This document shows positions 37,988 through 47,796 of a stretch of DNA of 64,000 nucleotides, one piece after another. This DNA comes from Candidatus Poribacteria bacterium (GTDB lineage Bacteria > Poribacteria > WGA-4E > PCPOR2b): assembly GCA_003635265.1 (NCBI GenBank), contig PYIZ01000010.1, forward strand, positions 151,177-215,176, read 5' to 3'. Each line of letters starts with the position of its first letter. Position 1 is the stretch's first letter. The translations under genes were made by a program, and so were the position numbers. Under the pieces are notes generated by a model. It did not search any database, was not told the origin of the DNA, and saw only the letters and a program-made list of their open reading frames with translations.

Positions 37988-40666
37988 TCACTCCTCCGCT
38001 TTTGCCTTCAGATGATAGATCAGATTTAACGCATCCATCGGGGTCATCTGATTGAGTTCAGTATTCCGAAGCTCCTCAACAATGGGATGCGTCTTCGGGG
38101 TAAACAGAGCAAGTTGAAGAGAATCACCTTGGAAGGTAGACTGCGACATTCGACGGCGAGGACGTGGGGCTTTCGCAGCCGATTTTGTCGGAGGTTGGTC
38201 CGATTCCTCGCCTTCGATGCTCAGATTGTGCTGTTCGAGGACCTCCAAAATCTGGTTTGCACGTTCGATCACAGCCTGCGGCAATCCGGCGAGACGCGCA
38301 ACATGAATGCCGTAACTCTGATCTGTTCCGCCCTCCACAACCTTCCGCAAAAAAGTTACGCTTTCTCCATCTTCATGGACAGCGACATTGTAATTCTTCA
38401 CGTTTTTATATTTTCCAGCGAGTTCGATCAATTCATGATAGTGGGTTGCAAACAACGCTTTCGCACCGATCCGCTTCTCGTCCAAGATATACTCCGCCAC
38501 CGCCCACGCAATGCTCAGTCCATCAAACGTACTGGTGCCACGACCGATCTCGTCAAGGATAATCAGGCTCTTGTGTGTCGCGTTGTTCAGGATATTCGCC
38601 GTTTCGTTCATCTCCACCAAGAAGGTACTCTGACCCATCACAAGATTATCAGAAGCACCGACGCGGGTGAAAATCCGGTCTACAATTCCGATTTTTGCTG
38701 CGGACGCGGGAACAAAGCTGCCCATTTGTGCCATCAGCGTGATTAGTGCCGTCTGCCGGAGGAATGTGCTTTTGCCACTCATATTGGGCCCAGTAATAAT
38801 GTGCATCTGATGCTCACGGCAGTTCAACGATGTATCATTCGGGACAAACCCTTCCCGCGTAAAAAGCCTTTCGACAACGGGGTGCCGTCCGTTCTTGACG
38901 ATGAGTTCGTCGCTCTCATCAATAATCGGCTTGGCGTAATCGTATTTGGAGGCGATATAGGCAAGCCCAGCGGAGACATCAATCATCGCAACAACGGCGG
39001 CGGCTTTCTGAATCCCCTCAGTTTCAGCCGCGACTTGCGCGCGCACCTCACAAAAGAGGTCATATTCAAGGGTTTCAATCTGATCCTGTGCGTTTAAGAT
39101 CTGGGATTCTCGTTCCTTGAGTTCTGGCGTAATGAATCGCTCCGCATTGGTCAACGTTTGTTTGCGGATATAATATTCCGGAACAAGATGCAGATTTGCC
39201 TTGCTAACCTCAATGTAGTATCCAAAAACCTGATTGAATCCAATCTTCAAGGAAGGGATGTTTACCCGATCACGCTCTTTCTGCTGAAGTTCCGCAATCC
39301 AGTTTTTCCCTTCGTTGGTAATCTGGCGCAATTCGTCTAACTGTTCGTTGTAGCCATCGTTGATTAATCTGCCTTCACGGATTGTTGCGGGCGGGTCGGG
39401 GTGGATGGACGCTTCGATTACATTTGCCAATTCTGCCAGCGGGTCAAGGTTTTCATTCAAAGTCTGTAACAGCGAGGATTCACAATCGTTGAGTTGTTCC
39501 TTGATATCCGGGAGCAGTCGCAACGAATCTTTCAGTGCGATGAGATCCCGGGCATTCGCCGATCCCAAACTGATACGAGAAATCAATCGCTCCATGTCGT
39601 ACACCTTACTCAACCGCTCCCGTAACTCCTCCTGCAATCCAATCCGACTTTTCAATTCATCAACAGCGTCCAAGCGCGCGTTAATCTCTGCTGGTCGCAG
39701 CAGCGGTTGTAAGATGCACTGACGAATTTTTCGCGCACCCATCGGTGTCACAGTTTCGTCCATCACCTCTAAGAGCGTGCCTTTCGATGAGCCGTCGCGG
39801 ATTGAGGTTGTCAACTCTAAATTCCGCTGCGTATCTGCTTCCAGAAGCATAAAGTCTGAGAGGGTGTAGGTGTGGAGGGAAACAATATGTTTCACTTCCT
39901 GTTTCTGGGTCTCATAGAGGTAGTAGACCAACGCCCCCGCTGCAGAGATTGCAGCAGGCAGATGCTCACAGCCAAAACCATCCAACGAGAGTGTGTTGAA
40001 GTGTTGGAGAAGCTCAGAACGTGCCGTGTCAAATGAGAAACGCCAATCTGGGAGATAGTTGACAACTGCCTTCAACTCCGTTTCGATCTGTCCTACTATT
40101 TCAGAGTCATCGAAATCCTCAGAAAAAAGACATTCCTTCGGCGCAAGCCGGTGGATCTCCGACCAGAGTTTTGCCAAGTTTTCTAGCTCTGTTACCGTAA
40201 ACTCTCCTGTTGAAAGATCTACCGCTGCCAAGCCGTAACTATCTTTGAGGAAATAAATACTGATCAGATAGTTGTTTGTTTTTCCGTCCAGAACCTTTGG
40301 ATCTGTGACAGTACCGGCGGTCACAATACGGACGAGATTGCGTTTGACAAGCCGATTCTCCTCCCGCGCTTTTTTTGCGTCTTCGACCTGTTCCAAAATT
40401 GCGACTTTATAGCCTGAATTTACCAGCTTATAAAGATACGAATCCAATGCGTGATGCGGGACTCCCGCCATCGGGATCGCACCGCCCACGCTGTCCTTAT
40501 CTCTTGATGTCAGCGTAATTTCTAAGACGCGAGCAATCAGTTCCGCATCGTCGTAGAACGCTTCGTAGAAGTCTCCAACGCGACAAAGCAGTATCGAATC
40601 CGGATATTGCTTTTTTGATTGCCTGTACTGTTCCATCAAAGGGGAAAGTTTCGGTTTTTTCGCCAT
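37988..40666 (-). CDS. mutS: DNA mismatch repair protein MutS
   Basis: 892-aa ORF. N-terminal TPLMEQY...GDFYE mismatch-binding motif, Walker A GPNMSGKST, and STFLVEM / DEIGRGTSTFDG blocks. Confidence 0.97.
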   Translation of the reverse strand: MAKKPKLSPLMEQYRQSKKQYPDSILLCRVGDFYEAFYDDAELIARVLEITLTSRDKDSVGGAIPMAGVPHHALDSYLYKLVNSGYKVAILEQVEDAKKAREENRLVKRNLVRIVTAGTVTDPKVLDGKTNNYLISIYFLKDSYGLAAVDLSTGEFTVTELENLAKLWSEIHRLAPKECLFSEDFDDSEIVGQIETELKAVVNYLPDWRFSFDTARSELLQHFNTLSLDGFGCEHLPAAISAAGALVYYLYETQKQEVKHIVSLHTYTLSDFMLLEADTQRNLELTTSIRDGSSKGTLLEVMDETVTPMGARKIRQCILQPLLRPAEINARLDAVDELKSRIGLQEELRERLSKVYDMERLISRISLGSANARDLIALKDSLRLLPDIKEQLNDCESSLLQTLNENLDPLAELANVIEASIHPDPPATIREGRLINDGYNEQLDELRQITNEGKNWIAELQQKERDRVNIPSLKIGFNQVFGYYIEVSKANLHLVPEYYIRKQTLTNAERFITPELKERESQILNAQDQIETLEYDLFCEVRAQVAAETEGIQKAAAVVAMIDVSAGLAYIASKYDYAKPIIDESDELIVKNGRHPVVERLFTREGFVPNDTSLNCREHQMHIITGPNMSGKSTFLRQTALITLMAQMGSFVPASAAKIGIVDRIFTRVGASDNLVMGQSTFLVEMNETANILNNATHKSLIILDEIGRGTSTFDGLSIAWAVAEYILDEKRIGAKALFATHYHELIELAGKYKNVKNYNVAVHEDGESVTFLRKVVEGGTDQSYGIHVARLAGLPQAVIERANQILEVLEQHNLSIEGEESDQPPTKSAAKAPRPRRRMSQSTFQGDSLQLALFTPKTHPIVEELRNTELNQMTPMDALNLIYHLKAKAEE

Positions 40667-40698
40667 AATACCCCTCTACTCAACTCTCAAGATAGCGT

Positions 40699-41745
40699 CT
40701 AAAGTTCTGAAACCCCAACCGCCGCTGCTGTCTCTTGGATTTGTCGCCATGTTTCGTCATCAACGGGAATCCCCTCGCTAGAACGCTGTTTCGTTTGGCG
40801 CGACTCGATTTCACCGGGGACCAAGATTTCTTCAAAACCGGAAGCTGGCGGCGACGCTTTAACATGCTCGACAAGTGCATCAACGCGCCCGTAGAAATCC
40901 TCCATCGGCGTAAATTGTGCAATGTTAATCGCCATCATCAGCACGCCGTTTTGGACGATAGTTGTGCCGGAACCGCTACATCCGGCACCGGATAACGCGC
41001 CTCCGAGCACATCAATCATCAGACCAAGCGCAAATCCTTTGTGCCCCGCAATACCTCCGAGCGGTAGCAATGCACCGGGCGGTGGACCATTGAGGTCGTG
41101 TGGATCTGTGGTTGGCTCACCTTTACCGTTAATCAACCAGCCTAGCGGAATGCTATCGTCGCGGTTCAACGCAACGCGAATCTTCCCTTGCGCCACCACA
41201 CTGCTCGTGATGTCCAACACGATAGGCTCATCACCCCGTGTTGGGGAAGCGATCGCAATGGGATTCGTGGCAAGTCGTCCGTCACTCCCACCAAACGGTG
41301 CGACGTAAAGTGCGGCACCTCCTGCGTTCACCATGACTATCCCGATCAGTCCCGCCTTCGCCGCCATCATAGCATAGCTACCAATCCTACCGATATGATT
41401 GCAATTATAGATACTAACGGCACTGACTGTGCTTGATTGTGCCTTTTGAATCGCTAGTGACATCGACCGTTGTGCAATGACATGACCAAACCCCCAGTTA
41501 CCGTTAATCAGGGCATGTGACGGGGACTCACGCTCAATCTCCATCGTGGCGCGCGGCTCAATTTGACCAGCTTCTATGAAACCCATATATTGTGGAATGC
41601 GGATCACACCGTGTGAATCGTGTCCCGCCAGATTGGCATCTACAAGAATTTCGCTAATGATCTGTGCGTCTTCAGGGGGCACATTTGCTGCTTCAAAAAT
41701 GTCCGCCGCAATTTTACGCAATCGGTCGGGCATTACATTGGGCAT
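40699..41745 (-). CDS. Ldh_2 family oxidoreductase (malate/L-lactate/sulfolactate dehydrogenase type 2)
   Basis: 348-aa ORF. GHDSHGV, NWGFGH and GHKGFALG blocks typical of the Ldh_2 family. Confidence 0.85.
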   Translation of the reverse strand: MPNVMPDRLRKIAADIFEAANVPPEDAQIISEILVDANLAGHDSHGVIRIPQYMGFIEAGQIEPRATMEIERESPSHALINGNWGFGHVIAQRSMSLAIQKAQSSTVSAVSIYNCNHIGRIGSYAMMAAKAGLIGIVMVNAGGAALYVAPFGGSDGRLATNPIAIASPTRGDEPIVLDITSSVVAQGKIRVALNRDDSIPLGWLINGKGEPTTDPHDLNGPPPGALLPLGGIAGHKGFALGLMIDVLGGALSGAGCSGSGTTIVQNGVLMMAINIAQFTPMEDFYGRVDALVEHVKASPPASGFEEILVPGEIESRQTKQRSSEGIPVDDETWRQIQETAAAVGVSEL

Positions 41746-41790
41746 CTTCTATCTCCTAAAACTATTCGTAATGAAACATAAAATAGTAAG

Positions 41791-41973
41791 TCAAACTACC
41801 ATCTCAAGCACTTCAGCACCGAATGTTTCAATGTGAAATTCGATAGCGGAGGTGACATCAGCTATGGCTTGCTGATAAGTGTCACCTTCACCCACTACAA
41901 CACCTTTCAAACCCAGTGGATAGGCAACATAACCATCTGTATGCTTTTCAACGATAATCTTGAATGATCGCAT
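41791..41973 (-). CDS. hicB: HicB-like antitoxin (UPF0150 family), orphan
   Basis: Start set to ATG 41973 behind a ggaggg RBS. The 60-aa protein MRSFKIIVEKHTDGYVAYPLGLKGVVVGEGDTYQQAIADVTSAIEFHIETFG fits the short HicB N-domain pattern. Confidence 0.65.
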   Translation of the reverse strand: MRSFKIIVEKHTDGYVAYPLGLKGVVVGEGDTYQQAIADVTSAIEFHIETFGAEVLEMVV

Positions 41974-42114
41974 TCGAGCTATCCCTCCGTTTCTATTAAC
42001 TAATCCAACTAGCCATCTATTCCAACACAAACAGAAAGATTTCCTAGGGTTTAGTGCAAGTATAATTTAAGGGTAGACGGTGCAGGATACACAGGTTGAC
42101 TGTGTATGAAAAAT

Positions 42115-42143
42115 AGTATACCATTCTTACCTAAAACTGTCAC
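42115..42143 (-). promoter_or_regulatory. Sigma70-type promoter candidate facing hicB
   Basis: The minus strand reads GTGACA-17 nt-TATACT, about 140 nt upstream of hicB. Confidence 0.3.
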
Positions 42144-42173
42144 CATAATTTCTTACTAGAGTAAGACTCAGTA

Positions 42174-42203
42174 TTGAAAAACTGAGGAGACATAGGTTAT
42201 AAT
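42174..42203 (+). promoter_or_regulatory. Sigma70-type promoter candidate for the polyprenyl synthase gene
   Basis: TTGAAA-18 nt-TATAAT (ttgaaaaactgaggagacataggttataat), 90 nt upstream of ATG 42293. Confidence 0.4.
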
Positions 42204-42292
42204 TTCTGGGAGCGACATCAAGGCGACTTTACGCACAAGATTTCCCTCCTATGTGACATTATATCAAACTGCCCTTGAGAAGGCAATAACTC

Positions 42293-43333
42293 ATGATGTC
42301 AAAAGTCCAGCTGCTCGATTTTCTCAAAGAGATAAAAGAGCAAATTGACGCACATATCTTTAATTTTCTGCCTAGCGAACATGAGCACCCTGAAGTGCAT
42401 CAGTTCTATCAAATGATGCTGGATTATCCACTCAGAGCCGGCAAAGGGTTACGGCCAGCAATCTGTCTGCTCATCTGCGAAGCGTTCGGCGGGAACCCAC
42501 GGAAGGCTATCAATACCGCTGCAGCACTTGAGCTCTTGCAAAACTGGGCGCTGATCCATGATGATATTGAAGATGGTTCCGATTTGCGTCGTGGCGAGCC
42601 GTGCCTCCACCGGAAATACGGAATTCCAATTGCTATTAATGTGGGCGACGGACTCCATTGCAAAATGTGGGAGATGTTGAACCGAAACGCAGATCTGCTC
42701 GGATATGAACTCGCATTTGAGATTGCATCGGAATTCGCACAACTCAGCAACAGCATCGTCGAAGGACAACACATTGAGTTGAGCTGGGTTGAGAACAACC
42801 GCTGGGATCTAACGGAATCGGACTACTCCACGATGTGTATCAAGAAGACAGCTTCCTACACCTGCATCACTCCCTGTCGCCTCGGTGCACTCATCGCACA
42901 AGCGCCGCAAAACGAGTTAGATCTATTCGTCGATATCGGCAAGAATCTTGGCGTTGCCTTTCAAATCCAAGACGATGTCCTCAACCTCGTCGGTGAAGAA
43001 AGACTGTACGGCAAAGAAATTGGAGGAGACATCAGCGAAGGGAAGCGGACGCTTATTCTTATCCATCTGTTGAACGCCTGCTCAGAAGGGGAAGCAAACC
43101 GCGTCATTGAAATTATGGGGCAGCGACGAGAGGACAAACATCCGGATGAGATTCAAGAGGTGCTAGCACTGATGAAGCACTATGAATCAATCCAGTACGC
43201 CCAACAACATGCAAAGGCACTCGCACAGAAGGCGTATGCTCGGTTTAATGAGGCATTCTCTCACCTGCCGGCAAGTCAAGCTAAAGATATTTTTCTAGAT
43301 CTGATCCACTTTGTGATTGAACGAGAATATTAA
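42293..43333 (+). CDS. Polyprenyl diphosphate synthase (geranylgeranyl diphosphate synthase-like)
   Basis: 346-aa ORF. First Asp-rich motif LIHDDIEDGSDLRRG and second motif FQIQDDVLNL. Confidence 0.9.
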   Translation: MMSKVQLLDFLKEIKEQIDAHIFNFLPSEHEHPEVHQFYQMMLDYPLRAGKGLRPAICLLICEAFGGNPRKAINTAAALELLQNWALIHDDIEDGSDLRRGEPCLHRKYGIPIAINVGDGLHCKMWEMLNRNADLLGYELAFEIASEFAQLSNSIVEGQHIELSWVENNRWDLTESDYSTMCIKKTASYTCITPCRLGALIAQAPQNELDLFVDIGKNLGVAFQIQDDVLNLVGEERLYGKEIGGDISEGKRTLILIHLLNACSEGEANRVIEIMGQRREDKHPDEIQEVLALMKHYESIQYAQQHAKALAQKAYARFNEAFSHLPASQAKDIFLDLIHFVIEREY

Positions 43334-43381
43334 CCATAATCTATCTGCATACTTCACATCATTGAAAGGAGTCGCCAATCT

Positions 43382-44404
43382 ATGCAAACGCACGAACTCG
43401 AATCTACTGCCCAAGCCCTTGTTCCAGCAGGCAAAGGCATTCTCGCCGCGGATGAGGGAGATGCTACTATCAAAAGACGCTTCGATAGTATCAATGTCGA
43501 AAACACTGAGGACAATCGCCGTGCCTACCGCGAGATGCTGTTCACTACGACGGGAACAGAAGAATTCATCAGTGGCGTCATTCTGTTCGAGGAGACCCTC
43601 CGTCAGTCAACTCAGAACGGCACACCTTTTCCCGAACTGCTTGCGAACAAGAGAATCATACCGGGCATTAAAGCCGATACGGGTCCCAAAGATCTCGCTG
43701 GCTTCCCCGGTGAAACAGTGACGGAGGGGCTCGACGGACTGCGTGAACGCCTTACCGAATATCGGGAGCTAGGGGCAAGATTCGGCAAATGGCGTGCCCC
43801 CATCAACGTCAGCGATGGCCTCCCGACGCAATTTGCCATTGATGCCAATGCACACGCGTTAGCACGGTACGCAGCTATATGCCAAGAGGTTGGACTTGTC
43901 CCCATCGTCGAACCAGAGATCCTAATGGAGGGGACACACACCATTGAGCGCTGCGAGGAGATTACAGAAGCAACACTGAAACGGGTCTATTTTGAACTTC
44001 ATGCACATCGGGTTGTCCTTGAGGGAACCCTGCTCAAGCCGAACATGGTACTTTCTGGAACCGACTGCCCAGTGCAAGCAGGAGTCCAAGAGGTAGCCGA
44101 GGCGACCGTGCGCTGTTTCCGACGCGCTATACCTGCAGCGGTGCCCGGAATAGTCTTCCTCTCCGGTGGTCAAAGTGCTAAAATAGCAACAGAACATCTT
44201 AACGCCATGAACGCCATCGGCAACTGCCCATGGGAACTCAGCTTCTCTTACGGGCGGGCATTACAGGGACCAACACTTGAAGCATGGGGTGGAAACCCCG
44301 CCAATGCTGCCAAAGCGCAGAAGGTCTTCTACCATCGAGCAAAGTGCAACAGCGCTGCGCGTTATGGCGAATATACTCAACAGATGGAAGCGCTCGCAGC
44401 GTAG
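43382..44404 (+). CDS. fba: Fructose-bisphosphate aldolase, class I (eukaryote-type)
   Basis: 340-aa ORF. GKGILAADEGDATIKRRFDSINVENTEDNRRAYREMLFTT closely parallels animal and plant class I aldolases. Schiff-base region LEGTLLKPNMV. Confidence 0.92.
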   Translation: MQTHELESTAQALVPAGKGILAADEGDATIKRRFDSINVENTEDNRRAYREMLFTTTGTEEFISGVILFEETLRQSTQNGTPFPELLANKRIIPGIKADTGPKDLAGFPGETVTEGLDGLRERLTEYRELGARFGKWRAPINVSDGLPTQFAIDANAHALARYAAICQEVGLVPIVEPEILMEGTHTIERCEEITEATLKRVYFELHAHRVVLEGTLLKPNMVLSGTDCPVQAGVQEVAEATVRCFRRAIPAAVPGIVFLSGGQSAKIATEHLNAMNAIGNCPWELSFSYGRALQGPTLEAWGGNPANAAKAQKVFYHRAKCNSAARYGEYTQQMEALAA

Positions 44405-44434
44405 TCATTATTTTACAAGCGAAGGAGAGAAAAG

Positions 44435-44518
44435 ATGCTGACCGAAAAGCAGGTCGAATCCTATAAACAAGATGGCTATCTCAAGGTGGAAGGGCTTTTT
44501 ACACCGAAAGCGGCTTGA
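44435..44518 (+). pseudogene. 27-codon remnant of a PhyH-family gene N-terminus (or a short leader ORF)
   Basis: A gaaggagag RBS is followed by ATG 44435. It encodes MLTEKQVESYKQDGYLKVEGLFTPKAA and then a stop. The xxEQxxxYxxDGYL pattern matches the N-termini of the three intact PhyH genes in this window. No continuation is seen in any frame. Confidence 0.45.
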
Positions 44519-44594
44519 AGAAACGGCGTGAAGAACCCCGCCTGACATATCGTTAAGGTTTTCACAACTGTCTTTCAAAAAGGAGAGTGAATTT

Positions 44595-45380
44595 ATGGAG
44601 AGAGTAGATAGGGCAACCGATAAGTATGTCACCCAATTGGAGCAAGAGGGATGGTGCGTAATGGACGGTATCATCCCCGCAGATGAAGTGGATGCCGTGC
44701 GCGAGGAGGTAGAGACATCTGAGCCATCGTATAAGAAATTTAGCGAAGAACATGATCGATGGTCAAAAAACGTCATCGCCTTTTTTCCGTCGCTGGCACC
44801 TCACCTGTCTAACAAACACTTGTTAAATGTTGTTAAAGCGATCTTGGGACCACAGGTACGGATTTCCCAAACCGAGTACAAGATTCGCCCGCCACACTAC
44901 GAATTGAATCGCGCTTACCACTCGGACTTCCCGCACGATCTCAAACAACCGTGGCACGTCAGCCAACCTTTTCCCAAAGCGGTGCTCGGTATTACCACAT
45001 TGTGGATGCTCACCCCGTTCACAACCAGCAACGGCGGCACATGGGTGGTGCCCGGCACGCACGTAAGCCAAAAAAATCCGCGAGGCGAAAATGACGGGAT
45101 CGACGAGTTTGCACCAATTCCGGGCGAATTGCAAGCAACCGGTGACGCCGGTAGCGTACTGATAATGGACAGCCGTATCTGGCACTCAAACGCAGCCAGT
45201 CCCAGTGAAAAGCCACGAGCCGCAGTGGTCGTGCGCTATGCACCATGGTGGCTCAATCTGGAATTCTTCGGCGTCAATACAGCACCTATCCCCACGGACG
45301 TTTTTGATACGTTCCCGGAGGAGACAAAATTACTGTACGATCATCGCGTAGAAGGGCGTGAAAGCCAAATCTGGGCGTAG
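44595..45380 (+). CDS. Phytanoyl-CoA dioxygenase (PhyH) family oxygenase
   Basis: 261-aa ORF with an aaaggagag RBS. QLEQEGWCVMDGIIPADEV N-terminus, HxD motif in YHSDFPHD, distal His in IWHSNAAS. Confidence 0.85.
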   Translation: MERVDRATDKYVTQLEQEGWCVMDGIIPADEVDAVREEVETSEPSYKKFSEEHDRWSKNVIAFFPSLAPHLSNKHLLNVVKAILGPQVRISQTEYKIRPPHYELNRAYHSDFPHDLKQPWHVSQPFPKAVLGITTLWMLTPFTTSNGGTWVVPGTHVSQKNPRGENDGIDEFAPIPGELQATGDAGSVLIMDSRIWHSNAASPSEKPRAAVVVRYAPWWLNLEFFGVNTAPIPTDVFDTFPEETKLLYDHRVEGRESQIWA

Positions 45381-45423
45381 TAAGAATAGAAAGGTGAGCA
45401 GCTAACCTGAAAAATCCCATTGG

Positions 45424-46152
45424 TTATTGGCACGCTTTCAAAAACGCCGTAAACAGATTCAGCGCTTCTGGATGGCGTTCCCACATCATCTCAGGGTGGC
45501 ACTGCACCCCGAGTGCGAATCGGTGCGTTGGGCTTTCAATAGCCTCAATGACGTTATCTTTGGCTTTGGCGGTGACAATAAAATCTTCGGGAACATCGCG
45601 CACCGCTTGGTGGTGGAACGAATTGACACGGGTAGTTAGGCTACCGAAAATCTGAAACAGGCGGCTATCGGATAGGATGTCGATCGTATGGGACGCATAC
45701 CAACCTGCGCCCGTCTGGGAGTGGCGCAAAGTTGGCTGCGGCATCTCAGACGCAATATCTTGGTAGATTGTACCACCCGCAGCGACACTCAGCATCTGGA
45801 TCCCTCGACATATTGCCAGAATCGGTAGGTCTTGATCCAATGCCTTTTGAGTCAGCTGCAGCTCCATCTCATCGCGCACGCAGTCAACGCTGCCCATATT
45901 TTGATGCGGCTCCTGACCGAACAGTAGCGGATCAATGTCACCACCCCCAGAGAGAACAAGTCCGTCGAGTACCCCCAAGTATCGGTCGATGCATTCGGTA
46001 TCTTCAACATGTGGCAGGAGCAGTGGAGTGCCCCCAGCGTATTCAATCGCACGGGCATAATCGCGCGCTACGATGTTGCGTTCAAGGGCGTATATGGAGT
46101 CGCCAATAGGGCTCGCTGTCAAGCTGCAAGTGATGCCAATAACTGGACGCAT
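45424..46152 (-). CDS. Class I glutamine amidotransferase / gamma-glutamyl-GABA hydrolase (PuuD, peptidase C26) family
   Basis: 242-aa ORF. Nucleophile elbow ICRGIQML, HHQAV, and GVQCHPE His-Glu region. Confidence 0.88.
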   Translation of the reverse strand: MRPVIGITCSLTASPIGDSIYALERNIVARDYARAIEYAGGTPLLLPHVEDTECIDRYLGVLDGLVLSGGGDIDPLLFGQEPHQNMGSVDCVRDEMELQLTQKALDQDLPILAICRGIQMLSVAAGGTIYQDIASEMPQPTLRHSQTGAGWYASHTIDILSDSRLFQIFGSLTTRVNSFHHQAVRDVPEDFIVTAKAKDNVIEAIESPTHRFALGVQCHPEMMWERHPEALNLFTAFLKACQ

Positions 46153-46249
46153 CTGTGAGTCCTTTCTTTCATCGAATCATTCAAATCCACGCAATCAACA
46201 CCACCTAAACGGTTAGCGTTTCACGCCAAGAGAGGAAGTTCTAACAATC

Positions 46250-46963
46250 GTGTTAATTTTACCAGCAATAGATCTTCGAAATGGAAAATGTGTAAATTTA
46301 GTGCAGGGACGAGCAGGCGAGGAAACAATCTTCTCAGAACAACCTGTAGAAATGGCCCAACAGTGGCAACAGGGTGGCGCGGAATACCTTCATCTTGTAG
46401 ACCTTGACGGTGCGTTCAGCGCGGTATCCGACAATCTTCACATCGTCAAGGAAATTGTCCGCATGCTTGAGATTCCTATCCAATTGGGAGGAGGTATACG
46501 GACAATGGAAAGGTTGGCTGACGTTCTAGCGCTTGGTGTGACACGGGCAATTCTGGGGACGGCTGCTCTCAAGAACCCGCCGTTGGTCGAAGCCGCGTGC
46601 AAAGAGTACGGATCCCAAATCGCTGTCGGTATTGATGCAAAAGATGGGATGGTTGCCACGGAAGGTTGGCTTGATGTCTCCCAAAAACCCGCCCTCGACT
46701 TTGCTAGAGAGATGGAAGATTGCGGCGTTCAAACCATTATCTATACAGACATCAAGAGCGATGGTATGCTCCAAGGACCCAACTTGGCAACTACGGAAGC
46801 CATTGCTGACGCAGTCTCGGTAGATGTCATCGCTTCGGGTGGAATTACATCAATCCAAGATCTTCAAGCTCTTAAAGCGATAGAGGTTCACGGCGCAATC
46901 GTCGGTCGAGCGCTGTATACAGGGGCTTTAGATCTGAAAGCCGCGATTTCCACCGCCCGCTAG
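46250..46963 (+). CDS. hisA: ProFAR isomerase HisA
   Basis: 237-aa ORF starting at GTG 46250 behind an agaggaag RBS. LILPAIDLRNGKCV N-terminus, GGGIR, and TDIKSDGMLQGPN blocks. Confidence 0.9.
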   Translation: MLILPAIDLRNGKCVNLVQGRAGEETIFSEQPVEMAQQWQQGGAEYLHLVDLDGAFSAVSDNLHIVKEIVRMLEIPIQLGGGIRTMERLADVLALGVTRAILGTAALKNPPLVEAACKEYGSQIAVGIDAKDGMVATEGWLDVSQKPALDFAREMEDCGVQTIIYTDIKSDGMLQGPNLATTEAIADAVSVDVIASGGITSIQDLQALKAIEVHGAIVGRALYTGALDLKAAISTAR

Positions 46964-47004
46964 TCATTAATTAACAAAGCAGCGTGGATTTCCAACTCCA
47001 CACT

Positions 47005-47457
47005 TTACTCATCCGGACGAATCCAACTGACGACATCCTCTGCATCGCCGGCGCCACCCTCGCGTCCATCGCTGCCGAACGAGACAAGATCGTAACCGTA
47101 TCGGTCATGGACACCGGGACGGATGTAGATGTAAGTGTTTCCCCACGGATCTTCTGTGATAGGAACCTTCAAATACGGTCCCAGCCAATTGACAGGAATG
47201 GGCGGTTGTTCCGGTCTTTCCCACAGTGCTGCGAGTCCTTGTTCAGTCGACGGATAATCTCCATTATCTTTCGCGTAGGTATCGAGTGCGATGCCGATAG
47301 TTTCAATCTCTTCCGCTGCTTGCGCTTGGTCTGCTTTTCCTGCCTGCCCCAGTAGACCTGATGCTAGAACCACCGCAACCACAATCCCGACAATAACAAT
47401 CACAATGAGGAGTTGTGTAGATGTAAAACCAGACGGTTGATTATCAATGTTTCTCAA
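47005..47457 (-). CDS. gspG: Type II secretion major pseudopilin GspG-like protein
   Basis: 150-aa ORF. TTG start sits 7 nt behind AAGGAGG. Prepilin motif SGFTSTQLLIVIVIVGIV. GspG-like body DPWGNTYIYIRPG...YDLVSFGSDG. Confidence 0.85.
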   Translation of the reverse strand: MRNIDNQPSGFTSTQLLIVIVIVGIVVAVVLASGLLGQAGKADQAQAAEEIETIGIALDTYAKDNGDYPSTEQGLAALWERPEQPPIPVNWLGPYLKVPITEDPWGNTYIYIRPGVHDRYGYDLVSFGSDGREGGAGDAEDVVSWIRPDE

Positions 47458-47796
47458 ACAATAGCCTCCTTGACCGCTCCCAAAGTTGAAACATTGGGAT
47501 TCTTATGAGTCTCCTTTGAGAGTTTTTAACGGACTTACGGGCATACCCAAAAGGGCACCCCAGCCGTATATCTGCTTCGACAAGATGTGCCTCGTGCTAC
47601 GGGTGAGGACTTACCGTCTCTCCACAGACGTTTTACGTCTTGGCGTGTCCCGCCACGACGGTGCAGATTTTCGGACTTGGTTATCGTCCTTATATGGCTT
47701 GGTTAGCCATTCGCCCAATTCCTCCATATCACTAGAGGGAACGGGAGCCTCTACAAGGTGTAGAGGTGATATGCTCCCGCTTTTGGACGTATTAGA

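Noticed and set aside
38087-38746. 219-aa and 132-aa ORFs on the plus strand inside mutS
   Set aside because: Both are antisense to mutS, which is unambiguous. They show no recognisable motifs.
41974-42110. A hicA toxin gene upstream of hicB
   Set aside because: All three minus-strand frames give only very short ORFs (for example MASWIS*), with no HicA-like sequence.
44408-44776. 122-aa minus-strand ORF
   Set aside because: It overlaps the start of the intact PhyH gene and the PhyH stub in antisense, and has no supporting signals.
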